This document shows, in pieces, positions 20,300 to 30,065 of a DNA stretch of 64,000 nt. Location: the IMG/VR virus record IMGVR_UViG_3300022555_000044, one strand, 5' to 3'. Within the stretch, counting starts at the first letter, position 1; the number at the start of each line of letters is the position of its first letter. This stretch comes from an uncultured virus (IMG/VR IMGVR_UViG_3300022555_000044). Taxonomy: Duplodnaviria; Heunggongvirae; Uroviricota; Caudoviricetes. Position numbers and translations under genes: made by a program. Below the pieces are notes generated by a model that was given only the letters and a program-made list of their open reading frames with translations, did no database searches and was not told the origin of the DNA.

Positions 20300-21037
20300 A
20301 TGGCCAATCTTAAAGCAGTTGAAGATTTTATATCTGATTTCTATCTACTAATTGCAAGTGGAATAGTTGCAGTTCTACTATTCTTTATACGAGAATATAT
20401 TTCAACGTCATTCGTTGCTATCGTTGAGTATATATTCAAAGTAAAAATATATAAGCATCAAGGAATGAGCAGTGATTCAATTTATCAAGCAGCAAGAATA
20501 CAAGATATTTTAGCTGAATTAAGAATTCGTGCAAATTGTGATAGAGCATATATTCTGCAATTTCATAATGGTTCAATATTCACAACAAAAAACCAAATGT
20601 GGAAAATAAGTATTACGCATGAAAGTATTAATCAAGTTAGATCAAGAATTGGAGAACTGCAGAATATTTTATCATCTGCATTATCAGACGTACTCTATCC
20701 ATATTGGGATGACGACAACACAATATTTCAAGGAATTACTAAATTAACAAAATCAGATTGTCCATCATGTATTAATAATACATGTATTGGTGGTGTGTTT
20801 TTCCATGATATTGAAAAATTACCAACAGGATTTGCAAAAGGATCATTTACTGCGGGCGATGTAAAATATGCTTTAAGAACAGCAATTTTAGATTCTGATT
20901 ATAATAAAGTTGGAATCTTATGTTTAGATTTTTGTTGGTCAGATTCGAATATTGAAAAAATTAAGAGTTTGCATTTTGATCTTTGCAGGACAGCATCTTT
21001 AATATCATTTGAATTAAGTAATACACCTAAAAAATAA
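20300..21037 (+). CDS. Membrane protein with GAF-like domain (possible T4 gp t-like holin)
   Basis: N-terminal hydrophobic helix FYLLIASGIVAVLLFFI; CDRAYILQFHNG...VGILCLDF GAF-like pattern. Confidence 0.45.
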   Translation: MANLKAVEDFISDFYLLIASGIVAVLLFFIREYISTSFVAIVEYIFKVKIYKHQGMSSDSIYQAARIQDILAELRIRANCDRAYILQFHNGSIFTTKNQMWKISITHESINQVRSRIGELQNILSSALSDVLYPYWDDDNTIFQGITKLTKSDCPSCINNTCIGGVFFHDIEKLPTGFAKGSFTAGDVKYALRTAILDSDYNKVGILCLDFCWSDSNIEKIKSLHFDLCRTASLISFELSNTPKK

Positions 21038-21040
21038 ATA

Positions 21041-21988
21041 TCATTTAAGATATATTTTAAACTGTTCTATTACTTGATCTCGATTTTCTTTCCATTGTTT
21101 TTCAGATACACGAAAAACTCTATAATCAGGAATAGATTCTAAATCTTTTGTACATAGTATATCATCTTCTTTATAGACAGTCATTTCTTCATCTTCAAAA
21201 TGATGACGTTCATCAAATTGGATAAAAAGCTTTAGTTCTGGGATATGACCATCTGGGTATCTACCAACAATATATCTAAATGAACTATCATTGCGGATGA
21301 TATCATATTCTGTAAATTTTTGTAATTCATTTAGGAATGGCCGTTCTTGATCACCAATAAATGGTATGACCGGTTCACCATTAGCTAATTGATTATCTCG
21401 CATTCTGATTGAATTAATTCTAGAATATTGTCTTCCTTGTGGTGTTTTTGAAAAATTATCAACTCCAAAATGTTCTAAGCATGTTTGTTTGTATTTTTCT
21501 TGAATTTCTTTTGATTGTATTGGATATTCGAATCCATATTTTTCAATGTTTGATTGTTTATATTTTTCTTGAATTTCTTTTGATTGTATTGGATATTCGA
21601 ATCCATATTTTTTAATATTGGTTTGTTTAATTTTTATTTGAATTTCTTTTGATTGTATTGGATATATAACATTATGATTTTTAAAACATGTTTGTCTTTG
21701 TCTTTGTTTAATTTCATCTGATTGATTTGAACTTTTATAACCATACTTTCTAAAACATGTTTGTATTTTCTTTTCTTGTATTTTCTTTGATTGACTTGGG
21801 TTTTCAACACCCAAATTTTTTAAACATGTTTGTTTTATTTGATTTTGAACTTTTATTGATTTATGTAAATTAGACATTTTTTCTTTTGATTCGCTTAAAT
21901 GTTTTTTTCCTTTAAAATGATGTCCATGAATAAATTTATTCTTTTCATTAATAACTTCTTTACCACAACCACATTCGCACAATTTCAT
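21041..21988 (-). CDS. Free-standing putative homing endonuclease (CxCGCG N-terminus, repeats, Vsr/DUF559-like)
   Basis: MKLCECGCGKEV...FIHGH; YPIQSKEIQ repeats; YPDGHIPELKLFIQFDE; likely start by TAATG overlap at 21988. Confidence 0.75.
   Translation of the reverse strand: MKLCECGCGKEVINEKNKFIHGHHFKGKKHLSESKEKMSNLHKSIKVQNQIKQTCLKNLGVENPSQSKKIQEKKIQTCFRKYGYKSSNQSDEIKQRQRQTCFKNHNVIYPIQSKEIQIKIKQTNIKKYGFEYPIQSKEIQEKYKQSNIEKYGFEYPIQSKEIQEKYKQTCLEHFGVDNFSKTPQGRQYSRINSIRMRDNQLANGEPVIPFIGDQERPFLNELQKFTEYDIIRNDSSFRYIVGRYPDGHIPELKLFIQFDERHHFEDEEMTVYKEDDILCTKDLESIPDYRVFRVSEKQWKENRDQVIEQFKIYLK
21492..21612. repeat. Tandem 69-bp-period repeat encoding helical repeat units
   Basis: TATTTTTCTTGAATTTCTTTTGATTGTATTGGATATTCGAATCCATATTTTT at about 21492 and 21561. 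Confidence 0.8.
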
Positions 21989-23043
21989 TAAATTTTTTCC
22001 CATTCATTAAATACTTTTTCCCAACTTATAATAGACTCTTCAAGTCCCCACTCGGTATCCAATTTATTTTTTGCAGCAAATTTCAATTCTTCTTTTAGAT
22101 TTTGATCTCTTGCTAATAGAGAAGAACGATCAATAAACTCCTGTGTATTATTACATAAAAATCCAGTCTTTCCATCTATTACTTCTAATTGCCAACCGCC
22201 CCTATTATTTACAACTAATGTTGTGCCAGATGAAATGCATTCAAATCCAACCCTGGGTAAATTTTCAAATGTATCTGAACTCATAATCATCACATCACAA
22301 AATTGATAAAATTCTTGTTGAGTTACTCCACCTTCTTTTAGTAATTGTATATAGTCTTTGTAATAGATAGATGAATTTTTATTAGTGATATCTTGATTTG
22401 GAATTCTAAATCTATCTTTGATTCTATTATCCCAACCAAGAACTACACCAGATTTTTGAACAGGAGATTCAATTTTGTCATATATCTCTATCTGATCACT
22501 ATGATATTTAGTCATATCACATCGAGAAATTCTTCCAAATCTAAACTTATCATTTGGTCTATTTTTATAAAATGGAAATCTTGTTTGATCAAAATAAGGT
22601 TTAAAAAATAATGGACGATAAGTTCCAAGATGAGATAACTTAGTAGAAATTTTATCGAATGCATGTTGTGTCTGATATAAATGAAAATCAATCAATCCTT
22701 TACTTTGACACTCAATCTCTTTTTGAAAATTCCAGGTCATACAATTAATAAATGTAGTAGACTTTGCATAACGTTTGATATGAACAAGATTACTTAGAAA
22801 TTCTCCATTACAAAAAGATATACAATGAAATCCTGCTGCTTGATTCCATTGTCTCGGTGAAAGATATTTACAACCTAATTCTTTTTCCATATTCAGTTTA
22901 TTTAGATATGGGGTTAGTGGACCAGTATGAAGAACATAGATTTTGATTCCCATCTTAGTCCAACATTTCATTTGGTCTAAAAGTTCAGTATCTGCACCAC
23001 CACAAAAAGATGGATGTCCGATTACACAAATTTCCTTGATCAT
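21988..23043 (-). CDS. Glycosyltransferase family 4-like
   Basis: N-terminal GGADTE; TFENLPRVGFECISSG...NRGG...DGKTGFL. Confidence 0.82.
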   Translation of the reverse strand: MIKEICVIGHPSFCGGADTELLDQMKCWTKMGIKIYVLHTGPLTPYLNKLNMEKELGCKYLSPRQWNQAAGFHCISFCNGEFLSNLVHIKRYAKSTTFINCMTWNFQKEIECQSKGLIDFHLYQTQHAFDKISTKLSHLGTYRPLFFKPYFDQTRFPFYKNRPNDKFRFGRISRCDMTKYHSDQIEIYDKIESPVQKSGVVLGWDNRIKDRFRIPNQDITNKNSSIYYKDYIQLLKEGGVTQQEFYQFCDVMIMSSDTFENLPRVGFECISSGTTLVVNNRGGWQLEVIDGKTGFLCNNTQEFIDRSSLLARDQNLKEELKFAAKNKLDTEWGLEESIISWEKVFNEWEKI

Positions 23044-23111
23044 AAATTCCTTTTAAGATTGTTCTAAATATATAATTTCAGTTCTAAAAATAATAATTAT
23101 TCGATAACAAC

Positions 23112-23159
23112 CCTTCTTTTCTGACAACAAATCTAAAATTTAATTGCCAGAAAAGAAGG
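23112..23159. terminator. Intergenic hairpin, possible terminator
   Basis: CCTTCTTTTCTG / CAGAAAAGAAGG 12-bp stem immediately after the stop at 23164. Confidence 0.5.
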
Positions 23160-23163
23160 TGCC

Positions 23164-23370
23164 TTATATAATACTATGATCTTTTTTCTCTTCTTTAATG
23201 ATCTCTTTACCATCTAAAATATCTAAAGCTTGTGTCATTTCTTTTTCAGATTCTTCAACTTGCATTTTTACAGATTGACACATATAACAGTGTTTTAAGA
23301 TAAATCTTAGACGATCTCGAACACTGCATATAATTGCATAAACTTTAGAGTACATAGATATCATATCCAT
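23164..23370 (-). CDS. Small hypothetical protein
   Basis: MDMISMYSK...; TAATG overlap with the upstream stop at 23370. Confidence 0.5.
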   Translation of the reverse strand: MDMISMYSKVYAIICSVRDRLRFILKHCYMCQSVKMQVEESEKEMTQALDILDGKEIIKEEKKDHSII

Positions 23371-26300
23371 TATTGTTCCACCGATCCATACCACCAGTTA
23401 TTTGTTCCTGCTCCAACTGTTGTTCTAGTATTACCAACAGTATAGAATAATTCATAATAATCGTTAGTTGTTGGAGTTGTAGTATCAACATATCCCCAAG
23501 TATATGTATCATTTTGATTTCCTGCACCAGTACTAAAATCATGATCTATAACAGTCGTAAGCAATGAACCATTTTTATGAATATCTAAATTAATTCTAAT
23601 ATTGCTGGCAACAGTACAGCTAAATCCACCTCTCAGTGTAACAATACCATTAGTAGCTTTAGGCCACCATTGAGCCACAGTATTACTATATATAGATCCG
23701 CCAGTTGATGCAAGAACTGTATTAGTCATATTAAGTAATGATGGATTTCCCGAAGATGATAATGAAATATTAGCATTGCCAATATTAGCTTTGAATCTAA
23801 TTGGTGGCACTAATGTTACTCCATTAATAGTTACTCCGGTTTGATTATTGGTAATCGCTGCATTAACCTTGTTACTATTAGAAGAAATCCAGTTTGTTGC
23901 ACTATTAGCTATCGAAAGAATAGAAGTATCATTATTAGTCATAGTAATATATAGATTATTAGAAATACTTCCAGTGTAATTTGTAGCTGACACTGCAATA
24001 CTATTGGCGTAGTTAGTACTAGCAGATGAAGCAGAAGTTAATGGACCTTGATAATTAGTTCTTGAAATATTATCAGAAGCAACATAATTTGTCATTGCGA
24101 TATTAATTCCAGATTGTAATGAATTAGAAGTTCCGGTTACAAGATTTGTCATTGCAGTATATAGATTATTAGAAATACTTCCAGTGTAATTTGTAGCTGA
24201 CACTGCAATACTATTGGCGTAATTCGTTCCTGCGTTTGCGACAGAAGTTAATGGACCTTGATAATTAGTATTAGCAATATTTACAAGAGTATATAGATTA
24301 CTGTTTCCTCTAGTAGAATCAAGTACTAGATTATTAATTGTAATATTAGCGGCATTAAGATTTGTTACTGCTATCCATAAAGCATTAGTTGAATTAATAA
24401 TCTGATTATTCAATGCATTACTATAAGAATTTAATGTAGCTAGATAATTTGTTAAAGCAATATTTGCAGTTGTCTGTGCGTTAGTAACTAAGATATAGAG
24501 ATTTGTATTGCCTCGTGTTACATCCAATACTACATTATTGATTGCAATATTTGCTGCATTTAGATTTGTTACTGCTATCCATAAAGCATTAGTTGCATTA
24601 ACAACAGTACTAGTCATGGCGGTATTCAATGCATTACTATATGAATTTAATGCGCCAATATAATTAGTCATTGCTATATTGATACTTGCTTGTAATGAAT
24701 TACTTGTTATAGATACTAAGTTGGTAGTAAAAGTGATATTTAAATTATTAGTAGAATTTAATTGAGATACTGAAACATAATAAGATGGAACTTGTCCACC
24801 CAATGAATCTTGATGAAATACATGAACTGATAGGTGTCCATTAGTTGAAGATAAATGAACTTTTCCAACTTGTTCAACAAAATTAGTTCCTGAAGGAGCA
24901 ACGTTGGTTACCATACTACTTCCATTCTGAAGTACCGGAACATACAATCTATCACCCGAATTAAACATTGAAGTGTCGAAGAATGATTCATTTCTTCCGA
25001 TAGACATTATTCTACCAATCCCATTATTCGTAATTCCACCAACTTGTATTACTACTCCATCGCATGGAAGTGTATTAATATTTGCAGCATCACATCTAGC
25101 TATTATTGGTGTTTGTCCATATGATAAACCATTTGTAATCCATACACATTCGCCTACCCGAAGCGTGGTTGATTCAGAATTCATTGCATTAAAATTAGAA
25201 TCTCTTCCTACTCTAGTAATATTACCAGATGAATCAATAAAATAAAAAGATTCAAGTCCAGCATAATTATAACAATACAATTTTACATGCCCGACAGTAG
25301 GCAATATAGGAATATTAACGCTATTTACAGTACTCATATCAACCGCACTACCGAATAATTGATCTCCGTTTTGATGTGTTGTGTTAATATAGTAATGACC
25401 ATCACTTCCAGCTGCCGTATATCGTTGTGGGTAATAATCAAATGCGTTTGCTTGAATTATTTCAGAATCAATAATACGAAGACTATCATTTGTTGTAACC
25501 GCAGCACCGTACCAAATATTGGAAGTTGATCCACCAGAAATACGAAGATGATTATTTCTAATAATTGAAACGTTATCACCGGTACCGTGATCTGCATATC
25601 CCATAAAAATATTATTTCCGTTGGTTGTATTCATCCACAGACGAGTAAGATCACCCATTAATAAACATCTACCGATAGCTCTAACTTGTGATACCAACTT
25701 AATATTGTTACTATATGTTACGGATGGTGAATTCAAATAAATATTGAATGTACTTGCTTGAATAGTATTAATACATTGTGAATCTGAATTATCATGAGTT
25801 AACAATTCTGATATTTCATCATTAGGATTAACTGTTATAAAAAATCCAGAAATACCATTAGCTGTAAGAGTACTCAATCCGATATTACTTGGATCATCAG
25901 TATGTTCAATAACTGTTTCATAGCTATTTAAGTTGGTTGTTCCATTATTTATAAATTCATATGATACCCCAGGAAATAGATTTACAATACCGCGGTTTAC
26001 TGTTACTACACTCATATAATGATTAGTATAATTAGAATAGTACTGTGGAACCAAAATACAACTACGAAGAGCCATCGTAGCTTGATCTGTTCCACCATCA
26101 AAGAATACCGTTGGACTATTTGATGACATAACTGTCACCTGTCCAATTTCAGTCATTACAATATCATTATATGCTGGTGGATAAGTTATAAAACCATTAA
26201 GAATAGTTTCTTCTACAGCAGTACCACGAACAGAAATAAAATTTTTCATTATTAAATTTTCATTATATATTCCCGGGCTTACAGTAACCGCATATCTACT

Positions 26301-27785
26301 AGTAGAAGTAGCAACCCCAGCAAGAACAATTGCGTTTATAGCAGATTGAATATGCTGATATGGTAAAATAGAATTATTCAATACAGCTGTAACATCATCA
26401 CCTTTAGGATCTACGTATGCTCTACCAGAGTTAATATTGTTTACTGAACTATCAACATATCCTTTACTAGCAGCTTGATCTGAAGTAGTTGGGAATCCCA
26501 TCCCATTAGGAAGAATACCACCTGTTCCATTACCAACAATTAATACTTGATTTAATGATGGTGTTGGAGTACTACCACCAGAAATTACAGTAGAGTTGGG
26601 TCTTAAATTATTAGGATTCATTCTTCTATCTAACCAATAATTTGAAGCAGTTCTTACAGTAGTATCACTTCCTTGATAAATATAAGCAGTAACAAGTGGG
26701 ATATATGTTGACATACCAGGAGGTAAAGATGGATCACCAGAAGCAGTAGCAGTTACAGAATCTGTATATGAAACCTGTGGTAAAATATAATATAGTTGAT
26801 TGCTTGATGGAGGATTTAGATATACACCTCTATACCAGTTAGTGGCCGTCATAGAAACAATATTACTTCCATTATCCCACAATCCAACTGGGAATTTATT
26901 AGTTGTAAAAAATGTCCAGTTTGTAACTCCACCTTGGTGACTATATACATATAATAAAGATCCCGGATTAGATAAATTAAAAGCGGGATGTATAATTTTT
27001 GTACTTTGTTCATAGAATTCAACACCACTATTAGCTTGAATATTTGTTAAGCCTGTTCCGCCTGCGAATACACCACACCCAATAGATATTATCGATGGAA
27101 ACATATTAAACGAAGCATCTTCTGTTTCAAGAACATTATCACCAGCAGATCCTTCTGGATTTGCTTGTATTATCATTCCAGCAATTGCGGTAAAACTATC
27201 GATAACAACACTTGTTAGTGTTTCTGGTCTAGTTCCTGAAGTCCACTGAATCACATTAGGATTATTAATATCAAAGTATGCAATATTAAGAGCATTATTC
27301 ACTAATGTATTTGTACCTGGTATTAAATGATAATAACCACGAGTAGGATCATATATATCACCATCGGTCCAGCTAACTACCAAATTACTTGCTGGAGATT
27401 GAGAATAAGTAAAAACAGGATAATCTCTAGAGAGTCCTCTTACTTGTGTATCCTGAAAAAATTTTTTCAGAGTGTATCCGCCTTGCGCACCAATTAAACC
27501 AGTACCTTCAGATCCTAAATTAGTAGATGCTAATTGTGATATTGTATATCTATTAGTTAGTTGAGTATTTAGATCTGTTTGACTACTCAAGGTTCCACTA
27601 ATAGCACCCCAAGAAGCAGCTCCACCAGAACTATATGGTTGTCCACTACCATTAACTAGAGTATCATTACTTCTAATATTTTCAATGAATCCTTTAGTGT
27701 ATTCAACTTTTGGAGTTACGTTAGTTGCTCCAAAAAGAAAAATAGGTATTAGAATACTAAGAACGATTGTTGATAACTTATTCAT
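23370..27785 (-). CDS. Large Thr-Asn-rich adhesin/tailspike-like protein with signal-peptide-like N-terminus and probable beta-helix domain
   Basis: Start MNKLSTIVLSILIPIFLFGA after GAAGGA; DQAASKGYVD fibre motif; YVDPKGDD...PYQHIQSAINA...VSPGIYNENL pectin-lyase-like entry; repetitive helical C-terminal third. Confidence 0.65.
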   Translation of the reverse strand: MNKLSTIVLSILIPIFLFGATNVTPKVEYTKGFIENIRSNDTLVNGSGQPYSSGGAASWGAISGTLSSQTDLNTQLTNRYTISQLASTNLGSEGTGLIGAQGGYTLKKFFQDTQVRGLSRDYPVFTYSQSPASNLVVSWTDGDIYDPTRGYYHLIPGTNTLVNNALNIAYFDINNPNVIQWTSGTRPETLTSVVIDSFTAIAGMIIQANPEGSAGDNVLETEDASFNMFPSIISIGCGVFAGGTGLTNIQANSGVEFYEQSTKIIHPAFNLSNPGSLLYVYSHQGGVTNWTFFTTNKFPVGLWDNGSNIVSMTATNWYRGVYLNPPSSNQLYYILPQVSYTDSVTATASGDPSLPPGMSTYIPLVTAYIYQGSDTTVRTASNYWLDRRMNPNNLRPNSTVISGGSTPTPSLNQVLIVGNGTGGILPNGMGFPTTSDQAASKGYVDSSVNNINSGRAYVDPKGDDVTAVLNNSILPYQHIQSAINAIVLAGVATSTSRYAVTVSPGIYNENLIMKNFISVRGTAVEETILNGFITYPPAYNDIVMTEIGQVTVMSSNSPTVFFDGGTDQATMALRSCILVPQYYSNYTNHYMSVVTVNRGIVNLFPGVSYEFINNGTTNLNSYETVIEHTDDPSNIGLSTLTANGISGFFITVNPNDEISELLTHDNSDSQCINTIQASTFNIYLNSPSVTYSNNIKLVSQVRAIGRCLLMGDLTRLWMNTTNGNNIFMGYADHGTGDNVSIIRNNHLRISGGSTSNIWYGAAVTTNDSLRIIDSEIIQANAFDYYPQRYTAAGSDGHYYINTTHQNGDQLFGSAVDMSTVNSVNIPILPTVGHVKLYCYNYAGLESFYFIDSSGNITRVGRDSNFNAMNSESTTLRVGECVWITNGLSYGQTPIIARCDAANINTLPCDGVVIQVGGITNNGIGRIMSIGRNESFFDTSMFNSGDRLYVPVLQNGSSMVTNVAPSGTNFVEQVGKVHLSSTNGHLSVHVFHQDSLGGQVPSYYVSVSQLNSTNNLNITFTTNLVSITSNSLQASINIAMTNYIGALNSYSNALNTAMTSTVVNATNALWIAVTNLNAANIAINNVVLDVTRGNTNLYILVTNAQTTANIALTNYLATLNSYSNALNNQIINSTNALWIAVTNLNAANITINNLVLDSTRGNSNLYTLVNIANTNYQGPLTSVANAGTNYANSIAVSATNYTGSISNNLYTAMTNLVTGTSNSLQSGINIAMTNYVASDNISRTNYQGPLTSASSASTNYANSIAVSATNYTGSISNNLYITMTNNDTSILSIANSATNWISSNSNKVNAAITNNQTGVTINGVTLVPPIRFKANIGNANISLSSSGNPSLLNMTNTVLASTGGSIYSNTVAQWWPKATNGIVTLRGGFSCTVASNIRINLDIHKNGSLLTTVIDHDFSTGAGNQNDTYTWGYVDTTTPTTNDYYELFYTVGNTRTTVGAGTNNWWYGSVEQ
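23948..24221. repeat. 64-bp exact direct repeat, 210 bp apart
   Basis: 23948-24011 is identical to 24158-24221 (encodes YANSIAVSATNYTGSISNNLY). Confidence 0.85.
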
Positions 27786-27816
27786 ATTATTTCCTTCACT
27801 GTAATGATAATTAAAA

Positions 27817-28071
27817 TTACATATTTGTTTGAACAATTATTGTCCATACTGCAGCACCAGGTGTGGCATCAGAACATCTATATAAAATTCCTGTTGAATT
27901 ATCTTGAACAAAATATCCAACACCAAATTTAAATCCTGTACCTGCCGTATCTGTACTATCCCAGTTGGCATTGGGTGCACCAATAGTACTAGGAACTGTT
28001 ACTGGAATTGTTAGTGCTTCACTCACATATAATGCTTTTATCTGGGTGGCGATATCATCTGATTGGCTCAT
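27817..28071 (-). CDS. Small tail-associated-type protein
   Basis: GYFVQDNSTGILYRCSDATPGAAVW resembles a motif of phage tail proteins; RBS GGGAG; upstream motif at 28106-28115. Confidence 0.55.
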   Translation of the reverse strand: MSQSDDIATQIKALYVSEALTIPVTVPSTIGAPNANWDSTDTAGTGFKFGVGYFVQDNSTGILYRCSDATPGAAVWTIIVQTNM

Positions 28072-28229
28072 GTAGGTACTCCCATTTTAAAAAATCAAAT
28101 CTTTTTATTTTGTTCTATAAAAGGGTGGGGATGATAGTAGGAAACATGGGATAACTTTCGATACTCATATATTAATATGTGAGAAGATTTTTATTTTAGA
28201 AAGAACATATTATAATAGGAGAGTAGGAT

Positions 28230-29966
28230 ATGAACATGCAATGTATGATATGTAACAAAGATTTTGAGATTGGTCGTTTACAAATACATCTATCTAAGAT
28301 TCATAAAATTGATCTTGAAGAGTATTATATCAAATATATCGATCCAGATGTATCTAAAATATGTTCGATGTGCGGAAATCCAAAAAAATTTATTGGATTT
28401 AAAAGTGGATATAGTATAACATGTGGTAATAAAACATGTAGATCAAAGTATATCAATATAAATTATAAAGAAAATCAAAGAGCTGGGTGTATAAAAAGAA
28501 ATAAAAAATGGAAAGAAGAAATTATAGATGGAAAAACAAGACAACAAATAATCATACAATCTGGCTCAGAATTAAGAAAAAATAAACAAGAAGAAACATC
28601 TATTAAAATTTCTAATGCTTTAAAAGAAAAAGATTCTAATGGTTACACTTGTATCGCTCGAAGTTTTATGGAAAAATATGGAAAAGAAATAACTAATCCA
28701 ATGCACATTCCTGAAAACGTTTTAAAAATAAGAAAAACATTTCAAGAACGTTATGGTGTAAATTGGATTACACAATCAGAAAAAGTTAAAGAAACAATTA
28801 AAAATTCTACATTTGATAAATATGGAGTTTTTAATTACGCTCAGAGTCAAGAAGCAAAAGATAATATGGCTATTCGTTATAAAGATAATATGATTACAAA
28901 AATTTTAAAATATTTTGAATCATCTAATTTATCTATAATAAGTGATTTACAAGAAGTTTATCAGAATGAAAAAACACAATTAAAATATAAATGTAACATA
29001 TGTAATACAGAATATGAAAAATGCTGGAATGATATTCAATCATGGTGGTCGTGTAGAAGATGTAATCCATATTCAAATTCTAGTTATGAAAGTGAATTAG
29101 AATCATATCTTTTGCAATACAATATTGCTTTTCTTAAAAGACAAAGTATTATAAAAAATCCTATTAGTGGTAGAATGTTAGAAGTTGATTTTTATTTTCC
29201 TAATTTAAATATAGCTATAGAATTTGATGGACTATATTGGCATTGTAATGAAAATCAATTGAATGATGATTATCATTTAATGAAAACAGAACTTTGTGAA
29301 AAACAAGGAATTAAACTTATACATATTTTTGAAGATGAATGGATATTAAAAAAGAATATTGTTCTTTCTAGAATTTCTAATCTATTACATTTACCAAATT
29401 TGAAAAAAATATATGCTAGAAAATGTGTAGTAAAAGTTATAGATTTTTCAATTAAGAAAAAATTTCTAATAGAAAATCACATTCAAGGTAATGATGTATC
29501 ATGTATTAATCTTGGTTTATTTTATGAAGAAAAACTAGTATCTGTAATGACTTTTTCAAAAGGAAGTATAGCTAAGGGACATATTCAAAAAGATGAATGT
29601 TATGAATTATCTAGATTTTCTAATTTGTGTTTTTATAATATTCCTGGCGCAGCATCTAAACTATTATCATATTTTAAGAAAAATTATCTATGGAAAGAAA
29701 TATTTTCATATGCAGATAGACGCTGGAGTAATGGTGGAGTATATTATAAATTAGGATTTGATCTTGATTCTGTCGTTAGACCTAATCATTGGTATATGAA
29801 TAAATTGAATATGTTGAAAAGAATTCATAGATTTGTATTTAGAAAATCAATACTGATGAAAATAGATGGTTATAATGATCAATTAAATGATCAAGATAAT
29901 ATAAAAAATATGGGATATTGTTGGATTTATGATTGTGGAAATTATAAATTTCTTATGATCAAATAA
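28230..29966 (+). CDS. Hef-like putative homing endonuclease (Zn fingers, repeats, nuclease, C-terminal SYADRRW domain)
   Basis: LEVDFYFPNLNIAIEFDGLYWH, LIHIFEDEW, KIYARKC, YELSRF, SYADRRWSNG, IYDCG. Confidence 0.75.
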   Translation: MNMQCMICNKDFEIGRLQIHLSKIHKIDLEEYYIKYIDPDVSKICSMCGNPKKFIGFKSGYSITCGNKTCRSKYININYKENQRAGCIKRNKKWKEEIIDGKTRQQIIIQSGSELRKNKQEETSIKISNALKEKDSNGYTCIARSFMEKYGKEITNPMHIPENVLKIRKTFQERYGVNWITQSEKVKETIKNSTFDKYGVFNYAQSQEAKDNMAIRYKDNMITKILKYFESSNLSIISDLQEVYQNEKTQLKYKCNICNTEYEKCWNDIQSWWSCRRCNPYSNSSYESELESYLLQYNIAFLKRQSIIKNPISGRMLEVDFYFPNLNIAIEFDGLYWHCNENQLNDDYHLMKTELCEKQGIKLIHIFEDEWILKKNIVLSRISNLLHLPNLKKIYARKCVVKVIDFSIKKKFLIENHIQGNDVSCINLGLFYEEKLVSVMTFSKGSIAKGHIQKDECYELSRFSNLCFYNIPGAASKLLSYFKKNYLWKEIFSYADRRWSNGGVYYKLGFDLDSVVRPNHWYMNKLNMLKRIHRFVFRKSILMKIDGYNDQLNDQDNIKNMGYCWIYDCGNYKFLMIK

Positions 29967-29978
29967 ATCGAGAGGGAA

Positions 29979-30012
29979 TTTCCCCTCTAGAATTCATATT
30001 CTAGAGGGGAAA
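29979..30012. terminator. Hairpin between convergent genes, probable terminator
   Basis: TTTCCCCTCTAGAAT / ATTCTAGAGGGGAAA 15-bp perfect stem. Confidence 0.7.
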
Positions 30013-30065
30013 CCGAAACTGTTCTAACGCCCAATCATTTGGGGTTGAACCTATGCGAATTCTAA

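Noticed and set aside
23948..24221. Diversity-generating retroelement template/variable repeat pair
   Set aside because: Copies are identical and in frame within one gene, show no adenine-specific differences, and no reverse transcriptase is in the window
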